A DNA stretch of 64,000 nucleotides from Candidatus Latescibacterota bacterium. Lineage in GTDB: Bacteria > Latescibacterota > UBA2968 > GCA-2709665. Numbering within the stretch: position 1 is the stretch's first letter; every line of letters begins with the position of its first letter. Below, piece by piece: positions 58,996 through 64,000 of this stretch. The DNA lies in contig OZ244937.1 in NCBI GenBank assembly GCA_965222075.1, positions 1,024,001 to 1,088,000 of the forward strand. Reading direction: 5' to 3'. Under the pieces are notes generated by a model. That model saw nothing but the letters and a program-made list of their open reading frames with translations, was not told where the DNA came from and did no database searches. Made by a program: the position numbers and the translations under genes.

Positions 58996-59310
58996 TCACG
59001 ATTGCTTGAGACGTTTCGCTCGCTCATCTAACCATCGTTGAAAGGACCGCTGGCTTTCACCAGATGGCCTGCCAAGAAGTAGACCTTCTACACTGAGATC
59101 CTCGTCTAAATCGGGCCAATGAAACCCTTCACCATCTCCTATGAATCTCCAATTATTTCGCTCTTCTGGCGTGCTGTGAACAAGCCGGGGATACCAGGCT
59201 AAAGGTACCGAAATACTACGCCCGTCAGCGAAATCGACAGTCAAAGTATCATCTGTAACAACAATATCTTCAGCTTTAGCAACTATCTTTTCAGTCTGAA
59301 AAGTATTCAT
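58996..59310 (-). CDS. DUF2442-family protein
   Basis: DGRSISVPLAWYPRL..R.NW..IGDGEG.HWPDLDEDLSVEGL. Confidence 0.9.
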   Translation of the reverse strand: MNTFQTEKIVAKAEDIVVTDDTLTVDFADGRSISVPLAWYPRLVHSTPEERNNWRFIGDGEGFHWPDLDEDLSVEGLLLGRPSGESQRSFQRWLDERAKRLKQS

Positions 59311-59375
59311 CCCACCCTCGCAGTAAAATTTCCTGATTGTCCGTTACCGCTCTCTGAATACGATTGATGGCCACG
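59291..59375 (-). pseudogene. 3' remnant of a DUF4160-like partner gene
   Basis: INRIQRAVTDNQEILLRGWDEYF* resembles a DUF4160 C-terminus and overlaps the DUF2442 start; no N-terminal half seen. Confidence 0.6.
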
Positions 59376-59507
59376 AAATTAGGTATAGGCTCCGGGTGTG
59401 TCAAGATGAATCCGGATGTGTTGCGAGGCCGGCGGCGTTGCCGGACTGCCGCCAGGCAGGGAAACAGGGCCATCAGGCGCGCGGAGTGGGTAAGGGACAA
59501 AAAAATC

Positions 59508-59536
59508 TTGACTCTCCGGAAACAATCATATAAATT
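59508..59536 (+). promoter_or_regulatory. Sigma70 promoter
   Basis: TTGACT-17 bp-TAAATT upstream of the FmdB gene. Confidence 0.55.
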
Positions 59537-59587
59537 CCAAGTTTGCTTTGATATCCGATTATCCTCAATAAAATAGGGAAGATATTT

Positions 59588-59896
59588 ATGCCAACATACG
59601 AGTACGAATGCAGGAATTGCGGACATACGTTCGAGCGGTTTCAATCGATGACGGCCCGACCAGTCAGGACCTGTCCCACGTGTCGCAAGCGGTCGGTGAA
59701 ACGGCTGATCGGGATCGGAGCGGGACTGATTTTTAAGGGGTCCGGGTTTTACAGTACAGACTATCGGAGTGAAAGCTATAAGAAGGCGGCCAAGAAGGAG
59801 GGTGAAGGGGCACCCAGCGGCAAAAAATCGTCTGATGACAAGGCGTCGGGTGAATCCAAAGGCTCCGGTTCCCAAAGCGGTGCGGATTCGGCTTGA
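59588..59896 (+). CDS. FmdB-family zinc-ribbon protein
   Basis: MPTYEYEC..CG..CPTC..FKGSGFY.TDY. Confidence 0.92.
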   Translation: MPTYEYECRNCGHTFERFQSMTARPVRTCPTCRKRSVKRLIGIGAGLIFKGSGFYSTDYRSESYKKAAKKEGEGAPSGKKSSDDKASGESKGSGSQSGADSA

Positions 59897-59972
59897 AGAA
59901 ATCTGGAACTCAAACGGTTTTGAAGAGTCTATTTTTCGATTATTCTCTCTGAAAAGGAGTCATTACAGCGGT

Positions 59973-60464
59973 ATGGACAGGTGGTTTATCGTTTTTGCGT
60001 GTGCTTTGACTCTGGGCTGCGGCCAGGAGTCGGCGGATGAGCTTTTTACAAAGGGAGAGGCTGCAACGCATCAGGACGCAACCTACCCGGAAGCCAAAAT
60101 TTACCTGAATGAATTCCTGGAACGCTTTCCGGACGACCCAAGGGCCGACCTGGCCCTGCAGGCCCTGGCCCGTGTCCTCCTGAACCGGGGGGAAAACGAG
60201 GCGTCGATTGCCCGGTACGAGGAGCTCATCCGGCGTTTTCCCACCAGCCGGTATGCCGATCAGGCCCAGTTTATGATCGGTTATATCTACGATTTAGACG
60301 GCAAATACGAACAGGCCCGAACAGCCTATCAAGAGGTGGTCAACGGGTATCCCGGTTCGGAACTGATTGACGATGCGCAGGCCTGCATTGCCAATCTGGG
60401 AAAGCCTCCCGCTGCGTGGTTCCCCCCAGATTCGACCACCGCAGGCAGCGCAAAACGTCGTTGA
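59973..60464 (+). CDS. TPR lipoprotein (BamD/YbgF-like)
   Basis: TLGC lipobox; repeated ..L.RFP.S..AD.A TPR pattern. Confidence 0.82.
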   Translation: MDRWFIVFACALTLGCGQESADELFTKGEAATHQDATYPEAKIYLNEFLERFPDDPRADLALQALARVLLNRGENEASIARYEELIRRFPTSRYADQAQFMIGYIYDLDGKYEQARTAYQEVVNGYPGSELIDDAQACIANLGKPPAAWFPPDSTTAGSAKRR

Positions 60465-60732
60465 GAAGGCCTGCTACCCAAAGGACGGTGTGTGCGCCTT
60501 CCCGATTCCCTGCACTTTGTAGATCAAATGTCGACGATTGAAGGAATATGTTATCTGTTCAGCCCTGCATTGCGGTCCGGTTTCTCAATTCACATTCCTG
60601 CCTGTTTTTCCTACCCTTCCGGGGAGCGGACGAGCCAATCCCCACTCTTCCATACGGTTTCAGATTTTTCAAAGGCTTCGCCACAGTTGCAGGAAGACGC
60701 GCCCATTGACCCTTTCCGAATAGGGACAGTCT

Positions 60733-61728
60733 ATGCTGATGACAGAGGATATTCAGGCCATTAACGAGCAGGTTTCCCAGGAGAGCGTATTTGCCCAACG
60801 GGTGGTGGGGGAGGTGGGTAAGGTGATTGTGGGTCAGCAGGCGATGATAGAACGGCTTCTGATCGGGCTGCTGTGCAACGGGCATGTCCTCCTGGAGGGC
60901 GTGCCTGGCCTGGCCAAGACCCTTGCGGTGAATACCCTGGCGCAGACGCTGCAGGCCTCATTCCGCCGTATTCAGTTTACGCCTGATCTGCTGCCCGCCG
61001 ATCTGATCGGGACCATGATCTACCATCAGCCTACGGGAGAATTCATCCCCAAGATGGGGCCGCTGTTTGCCCAGCTGGTGCTGGCCGATGAGGTGAACCG
61101 GGCGCCGGCCAAGGTGCAAAGCGCCATGCTGGAGGCCATGCAGGAGCGGCAGGTCACCATAGGCGACCAGACCTTCCAGATGGAAGACCCCTTTCTGGTT
61201 CTGGCCACGCAAAACCCGATCGAACAGGAGGGGACCTACCCCCTTCCGGAGGCCCAGGTAGACCGTTTTATGGTTAAGGTCAAAGTGACCTACCCCAGCC
61301 GGGAGGAGGAACGGATGATTGTGGACCGGATGGGAGGGGACGCCGTGCCGACCGCACAGCCGGTTGTCACCCCGGCCGATATTGTGCGGGCCCGGTCGGT
61401 GGTGGATCGAGTCTATGTGGACACCAAGATCAAAGACTATATTGTGGATCTGGTGCTGGCCACCCGGGAGCCTGCGGGCTATGGTCTGCCGGATCTGGGG
61501 CCGTTGATCGAATACGGATGCTCGCCCCGGGGCTCCATCTTCCTGACCAGGGCGGCCAGGGCCCACGCCTTTTTGAGGCGGAGGGGCTATGTGACGCCGG
61601 AAGACGTCAAGGCGGTGGGGATGGATATTCTGCGGCACCGGGTGATTGTGACCTACGAGGCGGAGGCGGAGGAGGTTACCCCGGAGGATGTGATCCAGCA
61701 AGTGTTTGACCATGTTGAGGTGCCCTGA
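60733..61728 (+). CDS. MoxR-family AAA+ ATPase
   Basis: EGVPGLAKT, RIQFTPDLLP, DEVNRA, ATQNPIEQEGTYPLPEAQ.DRF. Confidence 0.96.
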   Translation: MLMTEDIQAINEQVSQESVFAQRVVGEVGKVIVGQQAMIERLLIGLLCNGHVLLEGVPGLAKTLAVNTLAQTLQASFRRIQFTPDLLPADLIGTMIYHQPTGEFIPKMGPLFAQLVLADEVNRAPAKVQSAMLEAMQERQVTIGDQTFQMEDPFLVLATQNPIEQEGTYPLPEAQVDRFMVKVKVTYPSREEERMIVDRMGGDAVPTAQPVVTPADIVRARSVVDRVYVDTKIKDYIVDLVLATREPAGYGLPDLGPLIEYGCSPRGSIFLTRAARAHAFLRRRGYVTPEDVKAVGMDILRHRVIVTYEAEAEEVTPEDVIQQVFDHVEVP

Positions 61729-61731
61729 ACT

Positions 61732-62613
61732 GTGGTCCCTGCAGAGATCTTAAAAAAGGTGAGGCGAATCGAGATCCGCACGCGTCACCTGGTGAACACG
61801 GTTTTTTCCGGGGAGTATCACTCGGTGTTTAAAGGCCAGGGGGTGGTATTTGCCGAGGTCCGGGACTATCAGATGGGAGACGATATCAGGACCATCGACT
61901 GGAATGTGACGGCGCGAATGGGACACCCCTTTGTCAAGGTGTTCGACGAGGAGCGGGAACTTACGGTGATGCTGATGGTGGACGCCAGCGCGTCGGCAGA
62001 CTTTGGTACGGTAGACCAGATGAAGGGGGAGATCGGGGTTGAGATTTGCGCCCTGCTGGCGTTTTCGGCGATTCAGAATAACGACCGGGTCGGGCTGATT
62101 ATCTTTACAGACGACGTGGAGGCGTTTATCCCTCCCAAGAAAGGGAAGAAGCATGTGTTGCGCGTCATCCGGGAGTTGCTCTATTTCCGGCCGAGCAGGC
62201 GAGGGACGGATATCGGCGCTGCGCTGGACTATTTGGGCCGGGTGACGACGCGGAGGAGTGTGGTTTTCCTGATTTCGGACTTTATGGATTCGGGGTACGA
62301 GGCCGCGCTTCGGGTGGCCAACCGGCGGCACGACCTGGTGACGATTGCCCTGAAGGACCCTCGGGAGGCGGTCCTGCCCGATGTGGGGATTGTGGAGCTG
62401 GAGGATGCAGAGACCGGCGAAGAGATCCTGGTGGATACCTCGGATTCGGAGCTCAGGACATCTTTTGCCCGGTTTTCCCGGGGGGCGGTCGAAGCGCGCG
62501 ATCGGTTGTTTCGCACGATCGGCATTGACACGATTGACGTGAACACCAACGCATCCTACGTAGAACCGCTGATGCGGTTTTTCAAGATGCGGGCGCGCAA
62601 GATCAGAATATAA
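61732..62613 (+). CDS. DUF58 (vWA-like) protein
   Basis: G.G..FAEVRDYQ.GDD.R.IDWNVTAR, D.S.S, ISDF. Confidence 0.93.
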   Translation: MVPAEILKKVRRIEIRTRHLVNTVFSGEYHSVFKGQGVVFAEVRDYQMGDDIRTIDWNVTARMGHPFVKVFDEERELTVMLMVDASASADFGTVDQMKGEIGVEICALLAFSAIQNNDRVGLIIFTDDVEAFIPPKKGKKHVLRVIRELLYFRPSRRGTDIGAALDYLGRVTTRRSVVFLISDFMDSGYEAALRVANRRHDLVTIALKDPREAVLPDVGIVELEDAETGEEILVDTSDSELRTSFARFSRGAVEARDRLFRTIGIDTIDVNTNASYVEPLMRFFKMRARKIRI

Positions 62614-62631
62614 ACTTAAGAGGAGGTAGAC

Positions 62632-63582
62632 GTGATCGAAGTTGACCACTTAACCAAGCGCTACGGGCCGCTTCTTGCGGTAGACGATCTTTCGTTCCGG
62701 GTTGAGAAGGGCGAGGTCGTGGGATTCTTAGGACCCAACGGGGCCGGGAAGACCACCACGATGCGCATCCTCACCGGCTTCCTGCCCGCGACCGAAGGGT
62801 CGGCGCGGGTGGCGGGGTTCGATGTCTTTGAGAAGCCGTTGGAGGTGAAGCGACGCATCGGCTATCTGCCGGAGCACCCCCCGCTGTACCGGGATATGCG
62901 GGTGCGGTCCTACTTAGATTTTGTGGCAAAAATCAAAGGGCTGTCCACGCAGGACCGGAGGGACCGCATTGCGGAGGTGATGGAACGTTGCGGAATTGCG
63001 GACCGGGCGGAGCAGCTGATTGGCCAGCTCTCCAAAGGGTATCAGCAGCGCGTGGGCGTGGCCCAGGCGCTTGTGCACAATCCCGAGGTGATCATCCTGG
63101 ACGAACCGACCATCGGGCTGGATCCAAACCAGATCCGGCAGATCCGGCAGCTGATCAAGGGGTTGGGCCGGGAGCATACGGTCATCCTGAGTACGCATAT
63201 TCTGCCCGAGGTCGATATGACGTGTGATCGGGTGATTATTATCAACAAGGGGCGGATCGTTGCGGTGGACACGCCGGAGAACCTGACAGCTACGATGCAG
63301 GGGAACGAACGGTTTTACGTTGAAGTGGCCGGGGCTGCCGATGCTGCGGTTGAAGCGATCCGGGAAGTTCCCGAGGTGGTGGATGTGTCGAGGGCCGATG
63401 GGCGCACGGAAGGAGAGGCCGTGGGGTTGCACGTGGATGCGCCCGTTGAAAGCGACATCCGCGCGGCAGTGGCGGCCAGGGTCGTAGAACGGGGGCTGGG
63501 GCTGCTGGAGCTGCGGCGGATCGAGATGAGCCTTGAGGATATCTTCCACGAGTTGACAACGAGTGAGGAGGTGAGCGAGTAA
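62632..63582 (+). CDS. ABC transporter ATP-binding protein (GldA-like)
   Basis: GPNGAGKT, LSKGYQQR, LDEPT.GLDP, STH. Confidence 0.95.
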   Translation: MIEVDHLTKRYGPLLAVDDLSFRVEKGEVVGFLGPNGAGKTTTMRILTGFLPATEGSARVAGFDVFEKPLEVKRRIGYLPEHPPLYRDMRVRSYLDFVAKIKGLSTQDRRDRIAEVMERCGIADRAEQLIGQLSKGYQQRVGVAQALVHNPEVIILDEPTIGLDPNQIRQIRQLIKGLGREHTVILSTHILPEVDMTCDRVIIINKGRIVAVDTPENLTATMQGNERFYVEVAGAADAAVEAIREVPEVVDVSRADGRTEGEAVGLHVDAPVESDIRAAVAARVVERGLGLLELRRIEMSLEDIFHELTTSEEVSE

Positions 63583-64000
63583 TGAGCAATGTGCTTGCGA
63601 TTTTCTGGAAGGAGATGCGGTCCTATTTCGGGTCCCCCATCGCCTACGTGATTGCGGGGGGGTTCCTCGTTCTTACGGGGTATTTTTTCCAAAATATCGT
63701 GCTGAGTTTCCACGAGATGAGCCGCTATTACGCACAGCAGCAGTTTGCAAGCAGGCCCCGGATCAACGTGAACGAGTTGGTGGTGACGCGCTTTTTCGGA
63801 ATCCAGTTCTTTACCTGGCTGATCGTAACGCCCATGCTGACCATGCGGCTTTATGCGGAGGAAAAGCGGAGCGGCACGATCGAGCTGTTGATGACGTCGC
63901 CGGTGACCATCTGGCAGACGCTACTGGGGAAGTTTTTTGCCTGCTTCGGGCTGTATGTGCTCATCGAAATCGCGGCCTTCGCCCTCATCGGCCTTCTGTC
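63582..64000 (+). CDS. ABC-2 permease (GldF-like), partial at the right edge
   Basis: KEMRSYFGSPIAY..LTMRLYAEEKRSGTIELLMTSP..GKF. Confidence 0.9.
   Translation, partial: MSNVLAIFWKEMRSYFGSPIAYVIAGGFLVLTGYFFQNIVLSFHEMSRYYAQQQFASRPRINVNELVVTRFFGIQFFTWLIVTPMLTMRLYAEEKRSGTIELLMTSPVTIWQTLLGKFFACFGLYVLIEIAAFALIGLL

Noticed and set aside
60465-60732. Possible structured RNA in the 270-bp intergenic region
   Set aside because: No recognisable riboswitch/ncRNA motif by eye; an Rfam/Infernal scan would be needed.

Overview
This is a GC-rich bacterial chromosome window. The gene content (PorV, GWxTD/TPR proteins, dockerin/EF-hand-like modules, eukaryote-like LRR/WD40/FN3 proteins) suggests an FCB-group lineage such as Latescibacterota/Gemmatimonadota, possibly a sponge symbiont; this is an inference. 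Bases 1-13200 form a secreted-protein island. It holds a >1612-aa subtilisin (S8) with six tandem FN3 repeats that is missing from the ORF track because it runs off the left edge. It also holds three copies of a 'small lipoprotein + translationally coupled propeptide-bearing partner' cassette: one partner is the protease, one is a deleted stub, and one is a propeptide-dockerin-LRR chimera. The lipoproteins have near-identical frameworks and hypervariable loops, which suggests a polymorphic protease/inhibitor system. A fourth remnant copy lies at ~58.4 kb. The rest is mostly housekeeping (sucD, rpiA, era, yicC-gmk-rpoZ-coaBC-udg-dnaB-radA-kptA-DAC, MoxR/DUF58, ABC transporter). Other notable loci are an HTH-methyltransferase-BsuBI/PstI endonuclease fusion with a candidate autoregulated promoter, a degenerate M28-FtsX fusion beside an OPT-like transporter, a duplicated secreted DUF151 nuclease, TA modules, GTAG REPs, and tiny CCTG..CAGG palindromic elements inserted in-frame in proteins. 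I saw no rRNA, tRNA, CRISPR array or transposase.
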